64,000 nucleotides of DNA from Eledone cirrhosa (GCA_964016885.1 OZ024748.1:29698001-29762000), one strand, 5' to 3'. Positions 39,501 through 53,626 are shown, counted from the first letter of the stretch. Made by a program: numbers and translations. Notes: generated by a model not told the origin, from the letters alone.

Positions 39501-40810
39501 GCACCTAAGCAATGGCAGTTGCAACTGATAATTCGTATTTTAAAAATGGGACACAAGAGAGATTGTTCCAATTACAGAGGAATCTTCTTGTTAAGCCTCC
39601 CCGGTATGTCTATGCTACGTATCTGGCAAAGTGATGTAGGGAGATTGAGTTCAAGCTAGTTGATGAACAGCATGGTTTTTGCCCCGGACATAGCACAGCC
39701 GACCAAGTATTTACATTGTAGCAGGTCTTTGAGAAATTATACTGGGAGTACTGTCAAGAGGTGTATTCTTGCTTTGTAGACGTTGAAATGACACATGACA
39801 ACATTGTGGAAGGTTCTGCAAGAGTATGGGATTGATGGTCAGTTCCTTTCTGCCCTGATGTCTCTATTTGTGTTTGAATAAATGGTGCTAAATCGAAACC
39901 ATTCAATGTGGGTGTAACTCCACCAAGGGTGCATAGGGACACCTTTCCTGTTCAATATTTTCATGAACAAGATTGACATGCACAGCTAGGTTGGAAGTGT
40001 TATCATGACTGGCAAATGTAAAATCAGTCTGGAATTTGCAGATGATATGGTATTACTTAACTCATCAGAAAGTGATCTCCGACATGTACTTGATAGGTTT
40101 GATGCCAAATGCTACATGGCTGGAATGAAAATCCATACTGCGAAGACTGAGACACTCATCCTCTCAAGGAAGCCTGCGCAGTGCACTCTACATGTGAATA
40201 GAGTTCCACTGAAGCAGGTGGAGAAGTTCAAGTATCCCGGGCCTGTGTTCATGAGTGATGGAAGGCACATGGTTGAATTAAGTGCAAGAATTGCAGGAGC
40301 TGGTGCAGTAATGCGCCAGCTTCAGCATTTGGTCATCAGAAGGGAAGTAGGTGTAAAAGCCAAACTCGCTATCTTCAATTCGGTATTCATATCAACCCTT
40401 TCCTATGGGCATGAATCTTGGGTAATGATCGAAAGAATATGATTGCAAATACAAGCAGCTGAAACATTACTTGATAGTGTGCATAACTTGGAAATCAGAG
40501 AATCGAACTAGGTACAGCCGCTACTTCTCTGAATTGAGGGATCACAGCTCAGATATTATGGGTATGTGGTTAGGATGTCCCAGGAAAGAATTGCTGGATA
40601 GATTTTACAGGCAAAAGCAACCAGCAAAACCCACGAGCAGACACTGAACAAAATGGTTGGATAACATCCATGAGTTTGGCTGGTCTCCTTTAGGGATCCA
40701 GCCAGATTAAATGGAGATGGTTGCTTCTGACAGGACCTGCTGGACGGAGTGTTTGAGGACTCTACTCCTACAACCCTCTCAGGAATATGTGGGCAAAGAA
40801 GTAGTAGAAT
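36600..40810 (+). mobile_element. Old APE-type LINE (endonuclease 36.6-37.3 kb; RT 39.34-40.8 kb) interrupted by a younger RTE
   Basis: VQVYAPN and ILMGNFNAHV upstream. LEFADDMVLL and VEKFKYPG...LSYGHESW downstream. Related fragments lie at ~51.8 and 59.8-60.2 kb. Confidence 0.7.
37350..39307 (+). mobile_element. 5'-truncated RTE LINE (same subfamily as 47-1782) with a frameshift near 38130 and a (GAT)n tail
   Basis: ORFs 37517-38137 and 38130-38909 are nearly identical to ORF 427-1812, with a 2-nt deletion in tgc(tc)agtgtg. Confidence 0.95.
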
Positions 40811-41180
40811 TTGAAGGTTCAGTAAGGGACACAAGAACAACAACCAGCTAGCCTAGGGTCAATGGTTCAGACATCATATCATGAATCACACTGTCTCCCC
40901 TACACTCCACCTCCTGATAACAGTCTATGTGTTTATCTTGGATTTTTCAGTTTGACTGACTGAACAATGTTCTATTTTTTTAATTTACATAGAATAAAAT
41001 GTAGCCCATAATAATGGTTTCTGATTTAGGCACAAGGCCAGCAATTTGGAGGAGAGGGAGAAGTCGATTAAATTGATTCCAGTGCGTTACTGGTACATGT
41101 TGTTGGATGCTCTATCGATAACGCTAATCCACTGCCCTTAAAATTGAACAGCTCACCATTTGCTATAATAATGATAATAT

Positions 41181-41677
41181 TCATAACATAATAAAGGGAG
41201 GAGTGCGGGACTGTGTCCTGAATATAGTTTTTTTTATCCCATTAGTAAAATAAGTGAATAAATATTGAATGAATATTACATAATTTATGTACTAAATTTC
41301 ATAGCTGCTTATTTCAAGATTCACTTCTTTTAAAATTTTCAAATGTCAATACTTCCGGTTATGATATAACGGATGCTATATCATATTGATTATATAAACG
41401 TTCATATATTTGCATCGTTATATCATAACATTTATATTTCCGTTGCTAATTTTCTCCTTTTTCGTTTTCATTACATTTCACCGTAATGCAGTTTATATAT
41501 ATCGTCTTTCTTAAATGTATCATGGATTACTTTACTGATTACAGAAGAGAGTGTAATGCAGTCTCTCTTCAATTTCTGTGCATATTGTCAATTACGATTT
41601 TATTTGACATATATCTACATGCATGTATATTTGTGTATAATATCAATATGCATGCCTTTGGATGGTTTTTCTGCTAG
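41181..41677 (+). mobile_element. Non-autonomous Helitron, sibling of 26634-27100
   Basis: Colinear homology; ends in ggtttttctgCTAG|T. Confidence 0.7.
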
Positions 41678-41849
41678 TAATAATAATAATAATAATAATA
41701 ATTGTTTCTACTTTAGGCACAAGGCCAGCAATTAACCAGTGCATTACTGGTACTTTATTTTATCGACCCCGTAAGGATGAAAGGCAAAGGCAACCTCGGC
41801 GGGATTTGAACTCAGATCGTAAAGGGACGTAACTATGCTAATAATAATA

Positions 41850-42850
41850 ATAAAGTTCAGACATTAATCTTGATTGGGAGAATGTGATAAGATAACTTTA
41901 TCAAGAAGAAACTTATAAATATCTAGGTGTTTGTGAAGGAGACGGAATCAAACACTTAACCTTGAGAGAAAGGATAAGGAAGGAATGTTACCGCAGAGTA
42001 AGAGCAATTCTAAGATCGGAGTTAAATGCAAGGAATATGATTGATGTCTTAAATACACTTGCCTCTGTATGGAAAATACCCAGAAAGAGCTAAAAATCCT
42101 GATGCTGACAAAACTTTAGGCCGATGGCATCCTCTGGACTGAAATTGGAGACTGAAGGACAGATTATATCAGCACAAGATCAGTGTCTACCAACAAAAAA
42201 TTATAAAGCCAACATCATAAAAATTGGATGCAACCCATTATGCAGTGTATGTAAAAAACAACCAGAGACCATTGATCATATAATTTCAATGTGCAGTCTT
42301 ATAGCTCCAATCGAATATCTTAACAGGCACGACAGAGTGGCACAATACATACATTGGGTAATGTGTAAGCATTTTGACTTGCCCCATCAAAAGAATTGGA
42401 GGGAGCATCAACTACCTCCTGTACTTGAAAAAGGTCACACTCAATTTTGTGGCCGAACAATAGATACAAATAGACCTGGATTGAAATGACCGTTCCTATA
42501 GACAAGAATGTATCTCTAAAAACATTTAAAAAATTGAGCTAATATAAAGACCTGGAAATAGAGATTGGAAAAATGTGGAAGTTGAGAACTAAAACAATAC
42601 AATGTTTGTAGGCATTCAATGAATGATACCTAAGGGGTCAACTGATTACTTATCCTAAATCCCAGGAACCTGCGTATAGAATAAATACAAAAGATAGTAC
42701 TAATGGGAACTGCCCATATACTAAGGAAGATTATTCAATAAAAGTATATCACAAGTGTAAACACCTAAAGATACATGTATGAACACTGGTTGTGACTTGA
42801 TGATAACTCGTATGAACATAAAGCAAGATAAATGTTAAAAAAAATAATAA
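41850..42850 (+). mobile_element. R4/Dong-like retrotransposon 3' fragment (CCHC + RLE)
   Basis: ETEGQIISAQDQCL...CSVCKKQPETIDHIISMC...YLNRHDRVAQYIHW; flanked by (TAA)n. Confidence 0.8.
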
Positions 42851-42869
42851 TATTAATAATCACATCTAA

Positions 42870-44025
42870 ACAATAGGAATGTCATAAGTGTAGTAAGTTC
42901 CCAAGCTGTGTCTATTATTAGGTACAGTGTAGGAATTCACAAATGGAATGTTACTGAACAAAAAAAAATGGATAGGAAAATTAGGAAGCTGATCACTACC
43001 TACAGCATGTTCCAGAAGTGGAGTGATGTTGATAGACTCCACTTAAAGAGATCTGAAGGTGGAAGAGGTCTTATCAGTATAGAGAATTGTGTTGAGATGG
43101 GGAAGAGTGGTTTGCACAAATATGTGTCTGAGAGTAGGGAGCCGATGCTCAAAGTTGTACTGAAGGAGAAGAAAATAGACCAGGGGATGTCCAAGAAGGA
43201 AGTAACAGCAAAGAGGAAGAGCAACCTTCATAAAAAAAAAACCCTTCATAGCACCTTTTTTAAGAAAATGGAATTCACAGACATAGAGCTGGTTAAAAAG
43301 ATGAGACCTTAAAAAGGCTACAGAAGGAATGCTACTGGCTGCACAAAAGCAAGCCCTCAGAACGAAGTGGGTGAAGTACCATATTGACAAGGCGGAGGCT
43401 AGCCTACTCTGTAGGATCTGTGGAGAGTGAGAGAGGAGACTGTGGCTCACATTGTATCTGACTCACTATAAAGGTTGGAGGGATGATATAATAGGAAAGG
43501 TGATTCACTGACATTTATGCAAACTAAATAACTTGCCACATTCTGAGAAGTGGTATGAGTATAAGCCAGAATCGGTGATAGAAAACGATCAAATGAAGGT
43601 GCTATGGGATTTCAGGATACAGACAGACAAGAAATAAGAACACTTGGTTGTTTTTGACAAGAAAAAGAAATTGTGTCTGATTGTAGATGTAGCCTGCCCA
43701 TTTGACACGAGAGTGTAACAAAAGGAGAAGGAGAAAAGTAACCGATATCAGGATTTAAAGTGGGTGTTAAAAAGGATTTGGGACTGTCATGAGGTCAAGG
43801 TTGCCCCGATTGTTATAGGAGCACTAGGTACTATCTCAAAGAGTTTTCAAGCATGATTAAAGAACATTAGCCCAGCCCCCTTTCTTGGCACACTTCAAAA
43901 GGCATGCTTGCTGGGAACAGCAAGAACCCTCAGATATGTGCTAAATATCTGAGGCTGCAGGTAATGGCTTGATGTTCATTTGAACAAACTTTCCAATTAA
44001 ATAACTCCAATAATAATAATAATAA
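42870..44025 (+). mobile_element. Second R4/Dong-like 3' fragment
   Basis: SDVDRLHLKRSEGGRGL, AAQKQALRT, CRIC and VDVACPFD; ends in (TAA)n. Confidence 0.8.
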
Positions 44026-44619
44026 ATAAGACATTCTCACATTCCCTATTCATCCACACTGCCTCTTTCTTTTCTCTCTATCATAAATAAGCTAAGTTAA
44101 GCAACATGCGATTTATAGCCACTCCATCGTTACTTTCAAATAATGTGTGGGATAGCCACATATACATATATAAGAAAGAATTTAAAAATGTTGAGCTCAA
44201 TACATTCTCTCATTTTTAATACTGTTAAATCACACCATTCGGCTGGACAATATTGTAGTTTCTCCACACTAAAATAAGACATTCTCACATCCCTTCCTCC
44301 CATCCCCACTAAACACCGTATTTGAATTGCTTCGACCAACCAATCTAAAAGGTGCTAGAGGGCTGGCACTCACAGACCCCCTAAGGAAATACTACCACTA
44401 ATCCTGCTGTTAAAATTACCGCCAATGTTGCAGATGTGGATACACACTTATTGGATGGATTACAAAGTTGAAGGAACCTATCTTAATACTGTTAGATCAG
44501 GCATAACAAATAATAAATATATTTGCACCATTGATTCATTATATTAGACATAAATCTCTAATATAAAAACAGATGCGGTGATGATGGTGGTGGAGAGGGT
44601 GATGATGATAACAAGGGTG

Positions 44620-46940
44620 GGTGTCTCTCCTCGAGCTTGGAGTGACACTCCACCTAGTGATGGTGTCATGATAAAAACATTGGTGGTTGTGCAACCTTGA
44701 ACTCACTAATCCTCTTTATGAGTGCTTAAATGTTGAACTTAAATAGTTCAAACAACTGTGTAAAGGAGGCTGGAACTTCATGTAAAGGGATCTCACCCAG
44801 CAGGTGTTCCCTGATCCAGCAGCAGGGACCCGGTCGTCACCCAACAACTGCTGTTTTGAGAGGAAGAAGCAGGAACGAGGCAAGAACCAACTGGACAAAG
44901 GAATTGAACAAAATTGTAATGAAATGTTATCTGGAAAGTGATCCCACTAAGAAAGGCAACGAATGCACAAAATCTGGAGCGATATTGGTCTATTTGAACT
45001 AAGTGAACAAAAACTAGCAGTTCAGGTTTGTGTAATAAGAAACAATGGATGGATAAGCAAGTTGGAATTGGAGGAACTGAGTATAGAAATGGAAAGTGGA
45101 GTAGATCAGCCAAATAAGTCTGAAAAAGATGGAGCGAATCAGGCAAATGAACCAGTAAAAAATGAAGGTGAAGTGGTTAGGAGACCTGAGGAAGCATCTG
45201 AAGAAGACAATGATCTAAATGGTGAGATAGATAACATTTGGAATAAAGATACAGCGGTTGAAAATATGAATGTTGGCGGGCTAGGGGAAGATTTTGTTGA
45301 TATTCTGAATTTGATGGTCGATGAAATAAATAAAGATAATGGAAAACCTATGAACCTAAGATTTGTAGACAGCAAAAAGCTAAAAGAGATGACAGCTAAG
45401 GTGAACAGGGTCCTTCCATACCTTGAGGCGAGGATTCTTTACCAATGCAACAACATCCTTAAAGGAGCCGCGAATGTGGCGAAAAAGTTGCTCAGTATCA
45501 AGATGAGGGAAAATAGACGAAATAAAGCAGAACTTTGGTGGAAGAAGTGGCAAAATCAAGGAAATAAGAATGAACATTAGGAAACTTGAGTTTTTATTAA
45601 ATGGGACACTGCAAAATTTAGAAACTGAGGATGGATTGATACGGAAATACAACACTAAGGGAAAAAGGTTAAATGTTGTAATAGAGGAACTAAAACAATG
45701 CGAAAAGTGCAAAAATCAAAAGGTATGAGAGCAGAGTTAACCAGTTTAGACAAAATAGCATGTTCGACAACAACCGAAAGATGTTGTTTGAACAGCTAGA
45801 AAGGAGAGGAAGAGGCAATGATATTATATCTGAGGCTGAAGAGACCAACACATTTTGGAGAGGGATTTGGGAGTAGGATGTTGAATATAATAGTCGGGCA
45901 GAGTGGATTGGAGCTGTTGAAAAGAAGATTAATGTACAAGCACAACAACAAACCTGATTTGAGGATCTCGGTTGAAACCCTTAAAAGGCAGGCCAATAAA
46001 TTAACCAACTGGAGATCACCATGTCCTGATGGTGTGCGGGGATACTGGATTAAAAAGATAACATCTCCACCCAATACTGACACCCATGTTCAATGACTGT
46101 TTGGTGTTGGGTGAATTACAGCAGTGGCTGACAAAAAGTACCACGGTTCTGATAATGAAAGACCAAACTACGGGAAACAATGTTACCAACTATAGGCCTA
46201 TCACATGTGTGTCCTTGATGTGGAAATTACTAACAAGCATTATGTCGGAGGAAATCTACAATCAACTCGACATAAACAACTTATTGTCGGAGGGACAGAA
46301 AGGATGCTGAAAGAAGTCCTGTGGTACAAAGGACCAGTTACTTATTGATAAGTTGATAATAAGGAACTGCAAGAGGAGACATACTGGTTTTGCCTGGGAT
46401 GAACAGACTACAAGAAGGTATTTGACATGATTCCTCATTCTTGGATAACCAAGTATCTAGATATATTCAAGGTGGCTGACATCAGACTGCTACTAAGTGA
46501 AGAACTGGGAGACAGTGTTATCATCGATCGGGGGAAGAATCCTTGGGAAGAGTGAAAATCAAGAGAGGTATCTTCCAAGGAGATAGTCTGTCGCCTCTAT
46601 TGTTCGTCCTTACCCTCATACTGTGAAGAGTGAAGACTGGATACCAACTGGGAAAAGGAGAACTTACCATCAATCACCTCCTTTTCATGGACGACCTAAA
46701 AATCTTCGGGAAGAACGAGAAGGAGCTAGATATATTTGTTAATACTGTATTTTCAGCAATGACATTTGTATGGAATTTGGTATTAATAAGTGTAGAGTCC
46801 TGGTGATGAATAGGGCCAAATTGAAAAGAAGCAAAGGAATCAAGATACCAATGGGTGAGGTGATAAAGGAGTATGACACTGAGGAAGGATATAGGTATTT
46901 GGGTGTCTTGGAAGCAGATAACATCAAGGACAAAAGGCAA
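44620..46940 (+). mobile_element. R4/Dong-like retrotransposon 5' and RT region (decayed)
   Basis: WRSPCPDGVRGYWIKK, NYRPITC, GIFQGDSLSPLLF and HLLFMDDLKIF. Confidence 0.82.
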
Positions 46941-47204
46941 AGCTAACCGTGGCAAGATTTGAACTCAGAACATAAAAGGACGTAACTATTTGCCATGAAT
47001 AAAAAAAAAAATAAAGGACAAAACAAACAAACCGGGGTGGGTGGGGCAGTAACTAGCAATATCAACAGTAGGTCAGTGTTGTAACACACAGAAACATGCA
47101 AGTCATTGTATATAGTGTTCTTATCTCAGACAACCAGCCGCCATTAGGGAGAGAGTTACTAGTGACTGTAAGACTGTAAACAAGTTACTAGTAATGTCAA
47201 CGAC

Positions 47205-47575
47205 AAAGGTGGTGTTAGCAGAGTGGGTGGTAGTGGTGGTTGTAGTGGTGGTGTCAGCAGAGTGGGTGGTAGTGGTGGTTGTAGTGGTGGTGTTAGTGGT
47301 TGTAGTGGTAGTGTTAGTAGAGTGGGTGGTGGTAGTGGTGCTGTTAGAAAAGTGGGTGGTGGTGGTGGTGTTAGCAGAGTGGTTGGTGTAATGGTGTGTG
47401 GTGTGTTGGTGTATGGTGTGGTGCTGATGGTAGTTGGTGTGTTGGTGTATGGTGTGGTGCTGATGGTAGTTGATGTGGTGGTGTGGTGTGTGGTGGTTGG
47501 CATAATGGAGTGGTGTGTGGTGTGATGGTTGCTGTGATGGTGTGATGTGTTTTGTCTGATATGATGTGGTGGTAT
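47205..47575. repeat. GT-rich low-complexity repeat (gtg/gta)n
   Basis: Read directly. Confidence 0.85.
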
Positions 47576-48634
47576 ATTTTAATAGAATGTAGATATAGTA
47601 AATAATATTATATACATACTTTAGTAGCACCATAAAGCTAGATCAATAACTGAAGGATTTGAAGTTTTGTTGTTTAATAGCAGCATGAAACCCATCGAAC
47701 CACTGATGTAGTCTTACATCAGTGACTTGAGGGTCATAAGTTTAATACTACCACAAAACCTTTGGCCTTTGGGTCACTAATGTAGCTTAACAGCTATAAC
47801 AACGTAAAATTCACTCTTCTTATGCTTTTGTTTCTCTCCTTTCTGCAACAAAACATTTCTGAACGTTTATAGTTGAAGTGGAGGGAAGCATAGAAGATGT
47901 AAAGTTTGTTCTATTAAGAAATTGAAACTTCTGGAATTGTCAAGAAATTTTAACTGCTACAATTTGAGGGTGGTTGTGTCATGAATAGGGTTAGTCGATA
48001 AACCTACCCCGGAAGGATGAAAAACAAAGTTGACCTCGGCAAGATTTGAACACAGAACTGAGAAAGAAGAGGGAAATACCGCAGCCAGTGAAAGAGTAGG
48101 TGACACCTATAAAAGTTATAATTAAAAAAATTTAAATAAAAACAAGTGTTTGGGATTCATAAAAGACAAAATTTTACTCAGTTTTTGTTGAATCACCAGT
48201 CTGATGAGCAAATCAATACTGGAGTTGGGTCCATAACATCTATGGGTGACCTTGAGTGAATCCTCCTATTCAGTTCTCGTATGAGAAAGACAAGGTCAGC
48301 CAACCGAACACTGCCCACAGCAGGACAACCCGTCTACCCCATGCTAGCGTGGAAGAACAGATGTAAAACAGTGATGATGATGATGATGATTCTTCTTTGC
48401 CCACTTATTCCTGGAAGGGTCATGGAACAGAGTCCTTAAGCACGCCTTCCGGGGGCTTATGAGTATCCCCACTTTTGCCTGTGTGGTCTTTTCTGGAGCC
48501 ACACTTGCATAGTGGAGTTTCCATCCTCCATTTAAGTCTACAGTACTAGAGCCATGGAACTTTCTTGAAGAAACCCTGACTATATCTATCTGGTAGCATC
48601 TGGCCTGCTCTACTCATTCCTGCTCCTTTCTTAT

Positions 48635-49399
48635 ATATATTTATACTTATGTAAAAGTCAAATTTTTTAGACCAGTTTTTAAGGTTAAACTTATGGAGTC
48701 GACTATTACGTAGATACTACTTTTGAGGGGCGGCTTCAAGTTAGAGTCCAAAGTACCGTATCAGTAGCAGAAGCCCAACTGATCTCTAAACGAATAAAAA
48801 CAAAAACACAATGAATTACAGTAATATTACCGATTCTATGCATCAAAACACACGTCCTAGTAAATAACAAAATCCACGAATATTTACACTTGCTCTTTTA
48901 CTAGTATCCATGAAACTTAACAGACTAGCTTATCACAATCAATTTATATCTCATAATTACTGTGAATTGATCAGAAAAGTGCTGACACATGTTTATTGTT
49001 TTGAAATAAGGAAAATATAAAAGATGCAGGCTTGCAGCACATCTTCGGCATACATTTTAGTAATAGTGATGTAGCACCCATCAACAAATGTGCGGTGCTC
49101 TCTGTTATATGGTGTTTTACTGTAAGCACCAAGCATTCCAGCTATAGGGCAGGCTCAGTAAGGTAGGCACACATTTGGGTAAATTTTTAGTTTCGGACAT
49201 GTATTTGCAATAATATAAATTTGCCTTCAATTCATGACAATTTTGTAAGAGTGTTATTTCTCGGTACAGGATGATACCTTGATCCTTAAAATACTAAGGT
49301 TGACTTTTATGATGAGGTCTGGAAAATTCTAAATATTTCGGCCAAAAATAGAAGATTGACTTTTACATGAGATCGACTATTACTCGAGTATATATGGTA
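48635..49399. mobile_element. pogo/Tigger-like MITE
   Basis: The right end rc reads TACCATATATACTCGAGTAATAGTCGA...atgtaaaagtcaa. The matching tatgtaaaagtcaa sits at the decayed left end. Confidence 0.5.
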
Positions 49400-49411
49400 T
49401 ATATATATATA

Positions 49412-50390
49412 GGGGTTACCTTAGTGTCAGGTCACTCTTGAGTGCTACTGGTAACATGTAAACCAGTACAACCTGTCGCATAGTCGGGTCGTCGGCGACT
49501 AAACCGGCAACCCCACCAAGTTTACTTGGTGAGGAGGGTGATTTTGGACACCCTGCAGGACAAAAAACAAAACCTGACAGAGGGTGGAAGAACTGATAAG
49601 AGTCAACGGCCATCCAAAAATGTGTAAATATGTATATATACATGTACATATGTATGTGTATGTATATGCGTGTGTATATGCCTGGGGTGACAGGGAGGGA
49701 CATGTACCTCTGTAGGGGGGCTAGCCATGCCCTTTTCAGGACAGCTTGTCCTGCATTGGGTCCCACCTGACACTCAGCTCTCACCTGTGGCTCCAAGAAG
49801 CTGTAGCATGCGACAGCGGCCACACCCCGGTAAACCGTCTCGGCTGGCGGGCCGAACCAGGTTGAGGGTAGCCGGACGAGTCTGAAACCCCCCGTTGAGT
49901 TAGATAGGGGATGCCTGCCCCTGCATGCGAAGACTGGACCCTGCGGAGTGAGTGGAGGAGGACAACATCATACCAACGATCACAAAGGTGGTGACAGCAA
50001 GCGGTGTGGAGCGCTAGGGTACGGCAAGGCACTACAGATGTCGTGGCCATCCATTGCAACCAAGGAAGTCCCTGGTTGTGACGGTCCTCCGTACCACCCG
50101 ATTCTGGCTTCTGCGGCCGAGCGAGTGGGACCGTCACTGTGCACTGGCCCTCCCACTATAAACATTTCCTGCACAGGTTTCTTCTTTAGCGTGCACTCCT
50201 AAAGCGCTGTGGCGATGGAGAAAGGCATCAGCAGCTGCCCCAAGCAACTCTGGTCTCTTCTCCTGCCCCCCCACTGTCCTCGGACCTGCAAGTCAAGGAT
50301 CGGCCTCCACAGCCACCTTTGTGCCCACGGCAGACGGGAACAACAATAAAGAAGATGTCATCATCGTTTACGATGGACAACCAAGAAAGA
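49412..50390 (+). mobile_element. Internally deleted RTE/BovB-like element (GC-rich 5' UTR fused to the 3' C2H2 end)
   Basis: The 3' part encodes CPRTCKSRIGLHSHL and a short RTE-type 3' UTR. The 5' part is GC-rich, structured and has no RT. Confidence 0.6.
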
Positions 50391-52404
50391 CCTTAGAGGA
50401 ACAGAGGGCAATCACGATTAAATAAAGTACTGAATGCATTACAAGAGAAGGTACATATTTATTTTGTATAGAAATGACTTATACAGAACTGGAACTGTTT
50501 CATTCTTTTGAAATCATCAGGATAATATTTCAAAACCTTTGCTATTGGATTTTGGCAAATTTTTACAATGACACCCATTTTGCTTTGGAGGTAAAATTTG
50601 TTTTTCCTATGAGTTTGATGTGTTTTGAGTGACTCAGACCTTCAAAGCTATCAGAAGTTATTTTTAAACAGTTAATTGAGTGGAGGCAGTATACAGGACA
50701 AAATCCCCGGCCCATCGGACAAAATCTACACCCTACTGAATAACCCCCTTCCCACATAGTAAAACTGTAAATGGATTTTGTTTTATCTTTTAGTTTTAGT
50801 TTTTACTACGTGGGTTTTTACTGTATCCCACAAAAAACATACAAATATTACTAAAGGTTCTGAGTATAAGAAAAGTTCAGTCCTCCGCCTCCCACCCCAA
50901 TTTTGTTTCATCATAACTTTCTCAATAACATATTCTAAAATTAAATTTTACAGATACATTTCCCCACAAAGTGTAGATTATGATTGGGTTAATGTATTTT
51001 AAAGAAATATTTTGAATTAAGTTTTTTTTTCGCAATTCAGAGTTCTAAAAATGATGTTGCATTCCTGTAGAAAATATGATATTACAGGTTAATTAACTAA
51101 AGTGTTCAAACCGACCAAAACCGGCCAGAATTCTCTACCCCTTTCTGTTGAAACTGGCTGTAACTGATCGCTCAAACTGATGTTAAGGTATTGTTCTCAA
51201 AATAAATACTTTCAAAATCTCATAGATTCGATATTATGTGAGATAATTATGTGAGGTAAAGCCTTTACCATGAAAATATAATAGTATATATAAAATAATC
51301 TGAATGCTAAAGGGTTAAACAATATGAAATTGAAGCTGAAATGGAAAGATTTTCAAATGGAACTATATACACTAAAGTATTAAAAAATATATATACATAA
51401 TTGTAATCTATATTATGGAAATGGTGTTTGCAAAATTTCATTTAAAAAAATACTTTTATTGTTTTATTATGAGGAAACATGGTCGAAGGATGGGACGCTT
51501 AAGTGTAGTTATGTTGGATTCAGGTGGAGAAGAAGACTGTGTGTGTGTGTGTGTTTGTGTATTGAGGGGAGCACCATGAGTTTCTGCACGGGGTGACACC
51601 AACCCTAAATAACGACACCACTATACTCAAGACGAGGGACCCTCTACATGGTTGTTATGCCTGCAAAAAATAGCAACCGAGCATTCCTTAAATCATAGCA
51701 CACCCAATCATATTGAATAAAATGACATGTTGGGTTCCTGTAAACCCTGTAAATTCAGATATAAAACTAAGCATGTGATTACAGGCATGTAGTTAGAATG
51801 TTTCAGGAAAGAATCACTGGATAGATTTTACAGGCACATCCCACCGGCAGGAGAGAGACCCATGGGTAGACTCCAAGCAAGATGACTGGATAGCATCCAT
51901 GAACAGCAGGATCAATTGGAGTTGCTTCTGACAGGACCCGCTAGAAAGAGTATTTGAGGACTCTGCTTCAACGACCTTCTCAAGAATAAGTGAGTGAAGA
52001 AGAAGAAATGTTGGGTAATGAATTTGGTTCTGGATTCCCTGCACGTAGGACAAAAAAGATGTAATGGTAACTACAGCTGGAATATTTTTGATCTGCTGCT
52101 TGATCAAATCTGAACTAGGCTAAACAACAAGGCCACAGTGTGTAGATGTGTGTGAGTGCATGTATATTTGGTTATAAAAATATACTTTACTGCAGAGGTT
52201 TACACACTAAACTTTCAACACAACGCATGAGTTGTGGAAAACGAGTGCTGAAAGACAATAAAGAGAGAAGGTAATAATGCACCAGAAAGAGAGAGAGACA
52301 TAGAGTGAGTGAGGATATGGGAGAAAGACAGAGAGAGAGTAAGCTATAAAAGATATATATGTGTGTGTGTGTATATGTTTATATATATATATATATATAT
52401 ATAT

Positions 52405-53607
52405 ATCATCATCATCACCGTTTTACGTCCGTTCTTCCACGCTAGCATGGGTTAGACGGGTTGTCCTGTTGTGGGCAGTGTCTGGTCGGCTGACCATGCC
52501 TTGCTCATACAGGAGCTGATTTGGCTTGATTTCTACAGCTGGATGCCCTTCCTAACACCAACCTCATTTACAGTGAGTGCTGAGTGCTTTTTCGTGGCGC
52601 CTACACGTCCACTTTACAGTGTGGGCTGGGTGCTTTTTTTCCGTGGCACCTCCACGACCACCTTGCGGTGGGGGGTGTGAGGGCATATTGTCTATATGCT
52701 TCAGCTTGTACCCATGGGAGGTCGGGTACTCTGTATTACTGCGTGACGCCAGAAGTCATGGTCGTGTGTCATTGTCTTTGAGAGGTGTAATTGGGTAAGG
52801 TCGGCTTTTATCACCTCATCCCAGGTCATCTTGGGTCTCCCCACTCCGCGGTTTCCATCAACTTCTAGTGCTCTGCACCTTTTTATGCAGCTGTCATCCT
52901 TCATACGCATCACATGTCCATACCAGCGCAACCGCCTCTCCTGCACACAGCATTTGATTCCTCTTATGCTCAGTCTCTCTCTCAATTCATTTATGCTTTG
53001 TCGTTCACGTATATTACTGTTACACATCCATCGGAGCATGCAGGCTTCGTTTCTCTCTAATCTACGTAAGTCTTCCACCTTCAGCGCCCAGGTCTCACTA
53101 CCATGCAACATCGCTGTTCGGATACACGCATCATACAGTCTGCCTTTCATTCTGAGGGAGAAGCCTTTTGCAGCTAGCAGTGGTAGTAGTTCCCTAAACT
53201 TCTTCCATCCCGTTCTTACCCTAGTTATTGTACTTTCTGAACACCCACCTCCGTTGCTAATTCGGTCACCTAGGTAGCAGAAGCTGTCTACTGTTTCTAC
53301 AGGGCCCTCCCAGAGATTGGTGGTACTTGTTTCCTGTGGCTGTTTGCTGCTTGCTGTCTCAGCACAGCTGCTGCATGTGAAGCCTACATTCTTAATTAAG
53401 CTTCCTGAGATCCCGCTACATCTCTTGTGTACCCATTGTTTGCATTTGGGGCAGAGAATAAATTCCAAACCTGGAAGCAGGGACTAGAAAGAAAGGGTCT
53501 CAAAGTCAACATGACAAAGACTAAGGTCCTTGTAAGTAGACGAGAAAACAGAACCCAGATCCCCTCAGGGAAATGGCCTTGCTCAGTATGTAGGAAAGGT
53601 GTAGGTA
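52405..53607 (-). mobile_element. RTE LINE (subfamily 2) with an inverted 5' segment (53460-53607)
   Basis: ORF 52701-53468 on -. The upstream part of the same protein (KFQTWKQ...CRKGVG) is encoded on +. Confidence 0.92.
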
Positions 53608-53626
53608 CATATATATATTATATATA

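Noticed and set aside
50478-50530. Minus-strand CTGATGA..GAAA motif; also CTGATGA at 9259, 17199 and 48201
   Set aside because: Stem I or the GAAA/UH elements cannot be formed.
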